Shown here: positions 20,034-29,078 of the stretch, in pieces
How positions within the stretch are numbered: position 1 is the stretch's first letter
Layout: the number at the start of each line of letters is the position of its first letter
Assembly (NCBI GenBank): GCA_021734405.1
Contig: JAIPJA010000001.1
Location: 1,586 to 65,585 of the forward strand
Reading direction: 5' to 3'
DNA from: Minisyncoccota bacterium
GTDB taxonomy: Bacteria; Patescibacteriota; Patescibacteriia; Patescibacteriales; UBA12465
DNA length: 64,000 nucleotides
Translations under genes and position numbers: made by a program
Notes under the pieces: generated by a model
What the model saw: only the letters and a program-made list of their open reading frames with translations
The model's database searches: none
What the model was told of the DNA's origin: nothing

Positions 20034-20579
20034 TTATATAACTAAGCTTCCGATTCTAATCATCATTGCTTGTTGACTAACATTATATTTTTTAGCCAAT
20101 TCAGCTATTGTTTTTAAATCATCATCATTATTCTTTATCTTATATTTACCTGATAAATCATTAATCATTTCATTTCTTGGCATCAATAATTCAGCTGCAA
20201 ATTGATTTGCCTGAATTTCTTTTATATTATTTGTATTTGATGTTGCGTTTGCATCTCTAAAATAAACATCAGATGAATCTACATGCATACTGCTGATGTT
20301 GTGCAACATAAAATGCCCAATTTCATGGGCGATTGTAAACCTTTGCCTATGTTCACAATGATCTTCATTTACAACAATAACAGGTTGGCCATCTTTACCT
20401 TTCATCTTTATAGCACCAGAAATTTCATCTTTTGAGAACTTCATCTTAGCTACTTTTATTCCAAGTGATTTTGCCACATCTTCAATTTTTACCGGGTAAC
20501 TATCAATCTCAAGCTTATTCGATATTTTTTCAGCTTCCTTGACGGCTAATTTAATTTTTTGATTAATAAAATTAGACAT
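20034..20579 (-). CDS. ImmA/IrrE-family metallopeptidase (anti-repressor protease)
   Basis: The HEXXH motif is TIAHEIGHFMLH. It pairs with the upstream XRE gene. Confidence 0.8.
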   Translation of the reverse strand: MSNFINQKIKLAVKEAEKISNKLEIDSYPVKIEDVAKSLGIKVAKMKFSKDEISGAIKMKGKDGQPVIVVNEDHCEHRQRFTIAHEIGHFMLHNISSMHVDSSDVYFRDANATSNTNNIKEIQANQFAAELLMPRNEMINDLSGKYKIKNNDDDLKTIAELAKKYNVSQQAMMIRIGSLVI

Positions 20580-20583
20580 ATGT

Positions 20584-20871
20584 TTATATATTATCTAAAT
20601 TCTTAGTATCATCTTTATTTAATAATTTAACATTATTACTAGTATCAATTCCTTTCATTACTTCTGTAATTTTCAAATCTAAAGCCTCTGCAACCAAATA
20701 AAGCTGAAAAGCTGAGATTTGTTGTTTTCCATTTTCTATTGCAGACAATGTGCTTTTATTAATATTTAAACCAGATTCTTTGCTAAATTCATCCAAAGAA
20801 TACCCCTTTTTGGTTCTTTCATCTTTGATTTTTTTCCCTAAATTTAAATAAAAACTTGCTTTATCAAGCAT
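20584..20871 (-). CDS. XRE-family HTH transcriptional repressor (phage cI/ImmR-like)
   Basis: The HTH is KGYSLDEFSKESGLNINKSTLSAIENGKQ. It sits directly upstream of ImmA. Confidence 0.8.
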   Translation of the reverse strand: MLDKASFYLNLGKKIKDERTKKGYSLDEFSKESGLNINKSTLSAIENGKQQISAFQLYLVAEALDLKITEVMKGIDTSNNVKLLNKDDTKNLDNI

Positions 20872-20903
20872 ATATTTTTTTTATCGTAATAATATCTATT
20901 ATT

Positions 20904-20974
20904 AGTATAGTTCAATCAAATATGTTTGTCAATAACAAACAGTGTTGACCTACACAAAACTCTTATGGTAAAAT
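20904..20974. promoter_or_regulatory. Back-to-back divergent sigma70-like promoters (phage genetic switch)
   Basis: On the minus strand, TTGACA (20927-20932) -N17- TATACT (20904-20909) drives the XRE operon. On the plus strand, TTGACC (20945-20950) -N17/18- TAAAAT (20969-20974) drives the small rightward ORF. Confidence 0.5.
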
Positions 20975-20977
20975 AGA

Positions 20978-20997
20978 ATGTGAGCGGTAACTCACAT
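20978..20997. promoter_or_regulatory. Operator-like perfect palindrome ATGTGAG-cggtaa-CTCACAT at the predicted +1 of the rightward promoter
   Basis: The arms are perfect 7-bp inverted repeats. The left arm TGTGAGCGG matches the first 9 nt of lacO1. A related inverted repeat (CCTCACAT-taa-TGTGAGG) recurs at 21254-21271. Confidence 0.45.
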
Positions 20998-21094
20998 CTA
21001 TTTACAGACACGACTTTGACAAGTCAAAGGTCGAGTGCCTTATCAACATATCTAGATTATACCGCTTTTTAAGAAAAATAACAATCGGAAGATT

Positions 21095-21229
21095 ATGTCC
21101 TGCAAAAAACAGCCAAGGCGAACAGCCTACAGGGATTCCGGCACTGGTCAATTCATAACAAAGCGTAAAGCTGAAAGAATGCCCCAGAGAGAAGTTGAAA
21201 AAGAGCGGATTAGAGTTGGAAAAAGATAA
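21095..21229 (+). CDS. Small basic protein (44 aa, MSCKKQPRRTAYRDSGTGQFITKRKAERMPQREVEKERIRVGKR); candidate Cro/Xis-like switch protein
   Basis: It is the only plus-strand gene in the prophage. It has its own promoter/operator and a terminator, with a weak GGAAG ribosome-binding site. The sequence is GC-richer than its surroundings. Confidence 0.35.
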   Translation: MSCKKQPRRTAYRDSGTGQFITKRKAERMPQREVEKERIRVGKR

Positions 21230-21246
21230 AGTCGTGCCTAATCGAC

Positions 21247-21280
21247 AAAAAAACCTCACATTAATGTGAGGTTTTTTTAT
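21247..21280. terminator. Bidirectional intrinsic terminator
   Basis: Hairpin ACCTCACAttaaTGTGAGGT has an A-tract before and a T-tract after. It terminates the plus small ORF and the minus late operon. Confidence 0.6.
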
Positions 21281-21295
21281 ATTATTGGCTATGGC

Positions 21296-21622
21296 TTACT
21301 CAACCAATAATATTTTTGATAAATATTCCTTTATTTCACTACTTCTCCCTCCCAAGCTCCATTGCTTAATTTGCTCTAGGGGAAATCGACTTTTATAATC
21401 ATAAATCGTAAAAACCAAATTCTTGTCATTATTTATTACAAAAGCCCATTCAACTCTTACCTTTTTATCACCTGACTCCCAGTCTCCCGACACAGTACAA
21501 TCATGAGGATCTCCCAACTTTTCTTTTAACTCCTCAAAACTTGAATGAATTGTACCAATCCTACTTGTGCCATTAACCTGCTTGGGGGTTGCGTGTTTAA
21601 TTTTAAAATCTGTTTTTATCAT
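21296..21622 (-). CDS. Hypothetical phage protein
   Basis: ORF sits at the end of the late operon. Confidence 0.4.
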   Translation of the reverse strand: MIKTDFKIKHATPKQVNGTSRIGTIHSSFEELKEKLGDPHDCTVSGDWESGDKKVRVEWAFVINNDKNLVFTIYDYKSRFPLEQIKQWSLGGRSSEIKEYLSKILLVE

Positions 21623-21810
21623 AATCTCTTTAACTCGTCATCTAAATCATCAATGACAATTTTTATTATTTCTTTTCTTGTTCTATTTTTATTCTTGTAA
21701 TACAAACCATGATAAAGCTCAACATGAACATCTATATTCTCGCCAACAATTTCAAGCAAGCTAGAGCCATTCTTAATATCATCCTTCAAATTTCTCTTTG
21801 AGTTCACCAT
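21619..21810 (-). CDS. Small hypothetical phage protein
   Basis: ORF overlaps its neighbours by 4 nt. Confidence 0.35.
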   Translation of the reverse strand: MVNSKRNLKDDIKNGSSLLEIVGENIDVHVELYHGLYYKNKNRTRKEIIKIVIDDLDDELKRL

Positions 21811-21961
21811 AATTTTTCATAATTACATGGATAGTCATGCGACCCAATTTTGACAATTGCGAAACCTTACGAGTGTCAAACATATTTGTAACACCCGATG
21901 CCCTGACTCTCTCATAAGCATTAAATTGTTCTTGGGTTATCTGATCCATAACATTAAACAT
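21779..21961 (-). CDS. Small hypothetical phage protein
   Basis: ORF. Confidence 0.3.
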   Translation of the reverse strand: MFNVMDQITQEQFNAYERVRASGVTNMFDTRKVSQLSKLGRMTIHVIMKNYGELKEKFEG

Positions 21962-22037
21962 AATTTTATTATTGAGGATAGTAACGTAACATCAAACTAT
22001 TGGCAAGTCCCCAATTTGCCCCAGTTTTGCACGCTTT

Positions 22038-22565
22038 CTAAAGCCTTTTTATTAATTCAATTGCTTTGTTTAAAATATTAATCAATTCTTCTTTTATGTT
22101 TTCGTCATCATTTTGAGCCTCTGTCTGGCCATTTACCAAGCTCCGTATAAAAACAATATCCAAATTACTGCCTGGGCAACTTTTTGAAGCATAATCCCGA
22201 TGAAAAATAATATTATCTTTTTTTATTTTGTATTTATCAACCAATTTTCTTAATAAATCCCGTAAAGCGAAAATTTGTGCTGGCTGTGGCTTTTCATTAT
22301 CAAAATGACCATCCAAGCAAACATGAATACATCTGCCGTCATTCATATTTTGCTGATAGCAAGCCGCCGTTGTCTCGCCATCAGCTCTCGCCTGCCTGAC
22401 CTTGCCATTTTTAGCAATCTCATAATTGTATCCCAAATAAAAACCAAGACTGCTTTTAAAATCCCATTGAGCCTTGTGATAATTATTATTTGCCTCAAAT
22501 TGATCGGAATTTCTATCATAAGATACAGCACTATGATGAATCATTATATATTCTGGTTTTTTCAT
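22038..22565 (-). CDS. Endolysin: N-acetylmuramoyl-L-alanine amidase (Amidase_2/PGRP fold)
   Basis: Zinc-amidase signatures are IMIHHSAV near the N-terminus and HRDYASKSCPG near the C-terminus. Confidence 0.75.
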   Translation of the reverse strand: MKKPEYIMIHHSAVSYDRNSDQFEANNNYHKAQWDFKSSLGFYLGYNYEIAKNGKVRQARADGETTAACYQQNMNDGRCIHVCLDGHFDNEKPQPAQIFALRDLLRKLVDKYKIKKDNIIFHRDYASKSCPGSNLDIVFIRSLVNGQTEAQNDDENIKEELINILNKAIELIKRL

Positions 22566-22566
22566 A

Positions 22567-22794
22567 TTAATTTTTGAAAAACATGTAAATTAAATTCAAA
22601 ACATTGCCAATTCCCAAAAGACCTATAAACCATTTTAAGTTTTTTATAGTTGTTGAAACCTCAATGCGAAACTGTGTGTTTTTCTTTACATTTCCATTGG
22701 TCAAATCAAGCCTTTTAATAATTCCGCCATGCTCGGTTGTGTTGTCGTTTTTTAGATCCTTGATTTTATCAAGTATCAAATCCAGCTTATCCAT
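22567..22794 (-). CDS. Holin-like protein with a C-terminal TM segment (the ORF may extend to 22830)
   Basis: The C-terminal hydrophobic stretch is WFIGLLGIGNVLNLIYMFF. It sits immediately upstream of the endolysin. Confidence 0.4.
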   Translation of the reverse strand: MDKLDLILDKIKDLKNDNTTEHGGIIKRLDLTNGNVKKNTQFRIEVSTTIKNLKWFIGLLGIGNVLNLIYMFFKN

Positions 22795-22796
22795 AT

Positions 22797-22954
22797 TAAT
22801 CGATATACTTTTTATAAAATCCCCTACCAATAAAGACAGCTACCCCGATTAAAAGTAAAATCGTGCCTTGCCAAATATTGCTTTGAATAACTGCCACGCC
22901 AGTGCTTACAAAAATTGTAGCCACTGACAATAATAATTCTTTTGTGTAATCCAT
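22797..22954 (-). CDS. Small 2-TM membrane protein (52 aa, MDYTKELLLSVATIFVSTGVAVIQSNIWQGTILLLIGVAVFIGRGFYKKYID); candidate class II holin
   Basis: I translated this myself. It is below the 60-aa ORF cutoff, has two hydrophobic helices, and sits in lysis-cassette position. Confidence 0.35.
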
Positions 22955-22964
22955 ATATTTATTG

Positions 22965-24701
22965 TTAAAAATAATTCCAATTTATCTCTTTTAATTTAAT
23001 CTCATTTGTATTATTTGATCTGCCCTTTAATTTTACGCAACCGATAAGCCTAACTCCTGCATCTTGATTATTCATAGCTTTTACAGTCTTGCTATAAGAT
23101 AAATACCAAATATTATCACCCAAATCTTCGACTGACTGCAACATCATGTCTTGTAAATTCTCGTCATCATCTACAGGCTCTAGACTTATTAATCCATATG
23201 CATCAATTCTTAATAATTGAGCTCCAGTATAATAAGTATTTTTCAAATCTTCAGTCATGGTCAATTTATTGGTAGATATGCTCTGAATTTCTACAATTTC
23301 CATTTTTTCATCTTCCAATAATATTGCTTTATCTCCAACTTCAAAATCACTAGCATCAATTAAATCAACATCTGCTTGCCCTAAATTTGCAATAGCCGAT
23401 AAATTTATTTTTATTGTCACTTCTTGCTTAAAATAACCATTAACAGTAATCGTCTCATTTAAAGCTTTAATTTCTTTCGTAAAATACCAACCATACTTTG
23501 CATATCCTCCCAGATTTGTAATAAAACCACTTACAAGGGTTGGACTTGTGGATCCATCAATTTTGCCTGCCTCAATTCTAATTCGCCCCTTTCCACCATT
23601 TCCTCCATATCCCCAAATATCTCCGCTGGTATTTTTCCCACCGCTTCTTATTCCGCCGTTTGAATGAACTAGGTTAGTTCCCAGTGTCGCTTTATTTAAA
23701 ACCTGAAGATAGATAGTTCCTCCAGCACCACCTCCACCACCTCCTGTGTAATAATTATACGGAGTACCAGCCTCTGTCGCATCTCCTCCATCACAATCAA
23801 TCTCACCATTTACAATCAAGTTTTTGCAATGAATTCTTATAATACCTCCTCCATATCCACCCCTTGAATGTCCTGAACTCTCTGCTCCAGCACCGCCTCC
23901 ACCGCCTGAACCTTTTAAATAGCTTTCTGAAAAATTTGATAATTCACTATCATTATAAGCAAGTCCACCCTGCGGTGTGTTATTCGGTGATGATCCATAA
24001 GTGTAGCCATTTCCACCATTCGTTCCATATCCACCACCTGCTCCACAACTTCTTGATATTGAAGATCCTGATGCATATCCACCGCCTCCACCTCCACCGT
24101 TTCTCTCCCATTGTTGAGTAGATCCTCCCAACTCACTTGCTCCGCAATTTCCATAATATCTTGCTCCGTAACCGCCAGCATGCCCCTTAGCTTTTGCACT
24201 TATTTTTCCACCTGCCTCAATCTCAAAAGTACCTTGGCACTTTATGGGAAAATTTCCATTAACAGTAATGGTGTGTCCGTCTTTTATAAGAACACTTGTA
24301 AAGTTTTTCTCACTTGACCACGTTTCGTTGCCTGTACTTTCAAAGGCTCCGTCACCCCCATCACCAAGATCGGGTGACTGCAATCTTAAATATTGATTAT
24401 TCACCGTATCTAAAACACCTAAAAATTTTCCAATATACGAACCTTCAGGGTACGAATTAGATAAGTTTTCTGTCATTGTCAAAATATTTCCATTAATACT
24501 TTCTATAACTGCATTTTCAAACATCTCATAGCCATCATAAATAATAACCATCTCTCCTACGCTGAATTTTGAGCCATCACCTACAACCACATCTTTCTGC
24601 CCTGAATTAGCAACACTATCAATAAAATCTTTTGTTTCATTGATTTGATCATTTGACGTGAAATCATCTTGTAATATTCCTGTTAATTTTAATATCGGCA
24701 T
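22965..24701 (-). CDS. Tail fibre / receptor-binding protein with a central Gly-rich region and duplicated terminal domains
   Basis: Low-complexity GGGGGGYASG...GGGYGTNGGNGYTYG blocks are present. The N- and C-terminal segments share the repeat VGD.S.F.VGE...ESI.GN.LTMTE.L.N.Y. Confidence 0.55.
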   Translation of the reverse strand: MPILKLTGILQDDFTSNDQINETKDFIDSVANSGQKDVVVGDGSKFSVGEMVIIYDGYEMFENAVIESINGNILTMTENLSNSYPEGSYIGKFLGVLDTVNNQYLRLQSPDLGDGGDGAFESTGNETWSSEKNFTSVLIKDGHTITVNGNFPIKCQGTFEIEAGGKISAKAKGHAGGYGARYYGNCGASELGGSTQQWERNGGGGGGGYASGSSISRSCGAGGGYGTNGGNGYTYGSSPNNTPQGGLAYNDSELSNFSESYLKGSGGGGGAGAESSGHSRGGYGGGIIRIHCKNLIVNGEIDCDGGDATEAGTPYNYYTGGGGGGAGGTIYLQVLNKATLGTNLVHSNGGIRSGGKNTSGDIWGYGGNGGKGRIRIEAGKIDGSTSPTLVSGFITNLGGYAKYGWYFTKEIKALNETITVNGYFKQEVTIKINLSAIANLGQADVDLIDASDFEVGDKAILLEDEKMEIVEIQSISTNKLTMTEDLKNTYYTGAQLLRIDAYGLISLEPVDDDENLQDMMLQSVEDLGDNIWYLSYSKTVKAMNNQDAGVRLIGCVKLKGRSNNTNEIKLKEINWNYF

Positions 24702-24705
24702 AAAT

Positions 24706-25158
24706 TTATCTGTAATAATAAGCTGTTACGCTAAAATTTCTATAAGTGCTATTCCAGCTTGATCCGCAAGTTTGAGTGCATGTTAATACATCACCTGATA
24801 TAGAACTTGCAACTTGACTCCAATAACTCTCACTATCAACACCAGGTTGCTGTTTTAATGTTTGACTCGTAATGCCTTCTCTTGCTAAAACAATTTGACC
24901 GCTCCAATTCCAGCCACTAACTGAATGGGATATTCTTAAAACAATAAAATTACAATCTGGCGGAATTGTTCCTGTGTCAGTGCATGGTGTTGAAGAATTT
25001 GACTGACTATTACTTATACCCTCTGAACTGATAAACTCCCAATGAGCCGATCTGTTCAAAGAAATAATGTTTTGAGCCAAAGCCCTCAAAGCCTTCATTA
25101 TATTATTTATCTCAAAAGCAAATAGCTTATTTTGTCCCTGTTTTTTGTCTAAACTCAT
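24706..25158 (-). CDS. Hypothetical tail-associated protein
   Basis: ORF lies in the tail-tip region. Confidence 0.35.
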   Translation of the reverse strand: MSLDKKQGQNKLFAFEINNIMKALRALAQNIISLNRSAHWEFISSEGISNSQSNSSTPCTDTGTIPPDCNFIVLRISHSVSGWNWSGQIVLAREGITSQTLKQQPGVDSESYWSQVASSISGDVLTCTQTCGSSWNSTYRNFSVTAYYYR

Positions 25159-25345
25159 AACTTCTATATTTTGATATATTCGTTTTATTATTCTTTAAAA
25201 ATAATGCTGGTTTATTTTTCTGATCAAAAACTTCTTTTTTACCGCTAAACTCCGCTTCCTTTATTTTATGTTGCAAGCCAAGCCTGCTAACAATATCATA
25301 TGCTTCCAGTTTATTTTTAACTTCAATTTTTATATTTAAAATCAT
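25127..25345 (-). CDS. Small hypothetical protein
   Basis: ORF. Confidence 0.3.
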   Translation of the reverse strand: MILNIKIEVKNKLEAYDIVSRLGLQHKIKEAEFSGKKEVFDQKNKPALFLKNNKTNISKYRSYEFRQKTGTK

Positions 25346-25908
25346 ACGCTTACAAATGTATATTTTTGGCTTATCACTAAAACCGTATTGTTATCCTTAA
25401 CCCAGTTAATGCCAGTAATATGCGACCACAAACTGCCAGTGTCGAGATTTTCGTTTCCGTCAATTACATTTCCAAATTCTGTAAATGTGCCAGCACATTC
25501 TGTCTCTGTAAAAAATGCAGTTAACAAAACAACATTTTCATCATCTGTTCCACTGGCCATATCATTCCTATAAACCTCATTTATCAAAGTCGTATCACCA
25601 TCACTCGCACTGCCACTACCATCACCCAACAAGGCTTTATTGATATAGCCTGTATAAGTAGTGTCCCCGACCAATCTTTTTATAAGAGCATTGAAACCAG
25701 TTCTGCAAATCACATTAAACCGCCTATTTTCTTGCACTAAATCTCCCAAAATATAATACTTCATAATACTAGGAAATAACGGCCGTAAATTACGCAAAAT
25801 CTTATTAAAAGCTATTTCTCGCTTATTCAGTCTTGATTGATCATAAAACTTAGCCGTAATATCTCCGACTGCATGGGCATTTTCTTTTGTGTGTTTTTTT
25901 ATAATCAT
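25342..25908 (-). CDS. Hypothetical tail protein
   Basis: ORF. Confidence 0.35.
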   Translation of the reverse strand: MIIKKHTKENAHAVGDITAKFYDQSRLNKREIAFNKILRNLRPLFPSIMKYYILGDLVQENRRFNVICRTGFNALIKRLVGDTTYTGYINKALLGDGSGSASDGDTTLINEVYRNDMASGTDDENVVLLTAFFTETECAGTFTEFGNVIDGNENLDTGSLWSHITGINWVKDNNTVLVISQKYTFVSV

Positions 25909-25912
25909 ATTA

Positions 25913-27412
25913 TTAACTTAACTCGCTTGTATCTAAACAAAATTCTCTCTCCGGGTCTGCATGTCCTACTGGAATATATGGTGCCAAAACAAATGTCGGT
26001 CTAACTCCTGCTCCAAACGGATCTTTTTCAATTGACTCTGCCACCTCAATTGTTTTGTAATCCTCCATTTCCTCAACCACACCGATCTCCTCATCGACCT
26101 GAACATCTTGATAATCAAGATAATATTTTTTTAAAACTGCGTTTTCATTCAATGTCACTTTTTTATTTTCTCCGACAAGTAAACTCTGCAAAAAGCTGAT
26201 CATGCCTAAAGTCTTGAGTGTGGCTAGTTCAACCGTCCATTCTCCCTCGGTTGCAGTAAACATTTTTAAACTAACTCTCATTATCAAAAAGTTTTCATTT
26301 ATGCTCCTTGTTGATAAATTAATACTTATTGTCTGTCCTGAACTTAATCCACTTAAATACGTCCTAAACCCTCCCTCTCTTATCGTATTTGCATAAGCTG
26401 ACAATTGAGCCTCTCCGTATTGTTTAGCTTCATTTGTCGTTTTAATGCTTTTATCAATTTTCTTGAACTCAAATCTCCCATACCTTGAAATACTGGCATT
26501 ATCTTCCACCTGAGCCATAATCGGAATAAGATAATATCCGCTAATCTCAATTAAATCTCCGCTTACTGGTGGAACTACAAACCTGACATATTTCTCGTTA
26601 TAACTCCAAAGACAATCATAATCATCATCACTATTTAAAAACTCCGTTCCAACACTCACTTCAATGCTATTCACTTTCACAGTCGGCTTTTTAGAAAATT
26701 TATAATCAGTGGCAAAACTCTTTTGGTTTCCATCGCCTGTGTGCGGTTTTGTCCGCTCATTATCTGATGTAATCTCTCCGCCCTCAATTATTACTACATT
26801 TCTAAGCTGGCTTAAATCATTCTCTATACTCAAACTATCCCTGATGTAGTTATCACTACTGTCTGCAATATTAAACGGTGCAGGTTCATCATTTTTTGCA
26901 AAAAAATGAATATCACGCTCATAATCGATATACCAGCTATAATTGAATAGTTCGCAAAGCTCTGTTAAACACTTACTGACACTTAAATTATTAAAAGCCA
27001 CTACCGTCACTTCTAAATTGCAATTTACATTGTTATAAGTAATTCCAGTACTAGCTAAATAATTTGTAACCAAAAATTCAATAATTTCATTAACTGTTTT
27101 ATTTTCAAATCTTTCAATGACCAATATTCTGTCTAAATCCAAAGTATAATCCTTGGTTTCAATTTCATAATAAATAACATCGCCTTCCGCATAGTTTCCT
27201 ACTCTAATAATTTTGCCTGCAAATATCTTTTCCGCTCCGTCAAATACCTCTACAATATCGCTAATCTCTGGCTTATAATTTTGCCCCTCAAAAACCTTAA
27301 TTGTAAAATTACACAAATTAGGCTGTTCATTGATATTGTCTTCAATTCCAAAGCTTTCCCAATCAACCAAATTTGTCTTTTCCTCTCCCTCAATTTTTAC
27401 AATAATATTCAT
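25913..27412 (-). CDS. Tail component (distal tail/Dit-like, by position after the tape-measure protein)
   Basis: It is a 499-aa ORF immediately downstream of the tape-measure gene. Confidence 0.45.
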   Translation of the reverse strand: MNIIVKIEGEEKTNLVDWESFGIEDNINEQPNLCNFTIKVFEGQNYKPEISDIVEVFDGAEKIFAGKIIRVGNYAEGDVIYYEIETKDYTLDLDRILVIERFENKTVNEIIEFLVTNYLASTGITYNNVNCNLEVTVVAFNNLSVSKCLTELCELFNYSWYIDYERDIHFFAKNDEPAPFNIADSSDNYIRDSLSIENDLSQLRNVVIIEGGEITSDNERTKPHTGDGNQKSFATDYKFSKKPTVKVNSIEVSVGTEFLNSDDDYDCLWSYNEKYVRFVVPPVSGDLIEISGYYLIPIMAQVEDNASISRYGRFEFKKIDKSIKTTNEAKQYGEAQLSAYANTIREGGFRTYLSGLSSGQTISINLSTRSINENFLIMRVSLKMFTATEGEWTVELATLKTLGMISFLQSLLVGENKKVTLNENAVLKKYYLDYQDVQVDEEIGVVEEMEDYKTIEVAESIEKDPFGAGVRPTFVLAPYIPVGHADPEREFCLDTSELS

Positions 27413-27413
27413 A

Positions 27414-29078
27414 CTAGCCTAACAAATTACTTGTTTTTAATTTTCTAATCATCAAGTCTCCAATTCTTTCCGCTCCCTTTCTATCCATTATGGTATTGCC
27501 TGAAATATTTACATTGATAATCATTCCTCTTGACCCTAGCTTGTTATTTGGGATAATATTGCCATTTGAGCTTGGCACAAATAACTCGGGTCCTTGCTCG
27601 CCGACAATATACGCCTTGCTAGGACTTACAAATCCACCGCCCGCTCTTGCACCGCCAAATCCCAATGCATTGCCAATTGCGTTTTTGGCACCTTGTACTA
27701 CATTCAACTTTTTTATTCTCTCAATTAACTTATCAATCCAGCCAACAACTTTTGAAATTGTACTTGTGGTTGCATCCCAAATTCCTTTGAACTTTTCGAT
27801 TCCTGCATTTGCCACTTCAACAATTTTTGTCAAAGTCTGAATCAACACTATTAAACTAACCTCCAATATTTTCACTACTGCAATTAAAGCTCCCAATAAA
27901 ATAACGCCGATAATTTTGGCAAACAACTCTAAAAATGGTTTTAATGGCTCAAGTGCCTCCCAAAGTTTTTGCAATTCAGGAAGTAAATTCTCTTTAAATA
28001 CAAGTGCAACATTTTCCCATGAAGTTCTAAATATTGTTAAAAGCCCTTTGTATTTATCAACCACCTCAATCCCAGCTTTAACTACGTTTATAAAACTTCT
28101 TGAAATATCAATAACCGATTTAATTACTATTTTTAAAGCCTCAAAGGCTTTTAATAACACCTGCCCGATTATATCGGCTGTCGCTTTCAATTGCGGATTA
28201 ATTTCATTCTCCTCGGTAAACGCCCATGACCTAAAGCTTTTAATTGAGCTATAAACATATTCAATCATCGGTTTCATGGCATTATCAAGCATCTCTCCTA
28301 AAATAAGTTTTAAACTGACTATTCCATCCTTTACTGAATTAGACATTTTATACCAACTCCCCATCGCCTCTGTATAAGATCCTTCCATTCTGGTTGCCTC
28401 TCCAATTATTGCGTTATACATAGCTTGGGTTTTTTGAGCATATGTCATTTCGCTGGTTTTAATCCCCAGCTGTTCTGATGCATCTTTGTAAACTTTGACC
28501 AAATTCATCTCAATGCCATATTCACTTAAAAGCTCCGGGCGAAGTTTAACTACCGCCTGCATCATTGCCTTAATTGCCTCATTTGAATTTTTATTTGAAG
28601 CGGCTGCAACATCACGTCCTCTGGCTACAATCTCCAAGGCTTGAGATTCGCTCATATTTGTCATTATCGCCGTCTTTGTTAATTCAATTGCAGTGAGCAT
28701 GTCCTTGTTCTCATCTCTAATGCTTTTTACCAGTCCGTCAATCTGCTTTTTGCTCCAATTATTATTTTCACCCAACTTATAAATAACTGCTTTTGACTGT
28801 CCTAGTTGACCTGTTAAAGTAATGCTTTCTTTGATCAATCCCGATAAACCGCTTGCTAGCCTGCTAACAGTACCCACTATCGCCCCATATGCTAAATTAC
28901 CAACTGTCACAGCTTTGGCCATGGCACCAAAAGAACTTGATGTATTCTTTACATCATCTGTCATACCGTTCAATGCACTGCTGACCTTTTTCATTTCAGA
29001 ACTTGCATTGTCTACGGCTTTTAAAATAATTTGTAGTTCTTTATTATTTGCCATTTTGCTTTTTATTTTTTTCTGCAA
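27414..29078 (-). CDS. Tail tape-measure protein (probable start at MANNKE, 29054)
   Basis: It is alpha-helical and repeat-rich. The conserved C-terminal YIVGEQGPELFVP motif (GE-x-GPE) is typical of tape-measure proteins. Confidence 0.65.
   Translation of the reverse strand: MQKKIKSKMANNKELQIILKAVDNASSEMKKVSSALNGMTDDVKNTSSSFGAMAKAVTVGNLAYGAIVGTVSRLASGLSGLIKESITLTGQLGQSKAVIYKLGENNNWSKKQIDGLVKSIRDENKDMLTAIELTKTAIMTNMSESQALEIVARGRDVAAASNKNSNEAIKAMMQAVVKLRPELLSEYGIEMNLVKVYKDASEQLGIKTSEMTYAQKTQAMYNAIIGEATRMEGSYTEAMGSWYKMSNSVKDGIVSLKLILGEMLDNAMKPMIEYVYSSIKSFRSWAFTEENEINPQLKATADIIGQVLLKAFEALKIVIKSVIDISRSFINVVKAGIEVVDKYKGLLTIFRTSWENVALVFKENLLPELQKLWEALEPLKPFLELFAKIIGVILLGALIAVVKILEVSLIVLIQTLTKIVEVANAGIEKFKGIWDATTSTISKVVGWIDKLIERIKKLNVVQGAKNAIGNALGFGGARAGGGFVSPSKAYIVGEQGPELFVPSSNGNIIPNNKLGSRGMIINVNISGNTIMDRKGAERIGDLMIRKLKTSNLLG

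Noticed and set aside
20978-20997. Match of TGTGAGCGG to the E. coli lac operator, suggesting cloning-vector contamination
   Set aside because: Only the 9-nt half-site matches. The flanking sequence differs from lacO (GGTAACTCACAT versus ATAACAATT), and nothing else nearby looks like vector sequence. I treated it as a native operator palindrome.
21002-21259. 85-aa minus-strand ORF in the switch region
   Set aside because: It has no ribosome-binding site or conserved features. It spans the promoter, operator and terminator, and is antisense to a better-supported plus-strand small ORF. It is most likely spurious.
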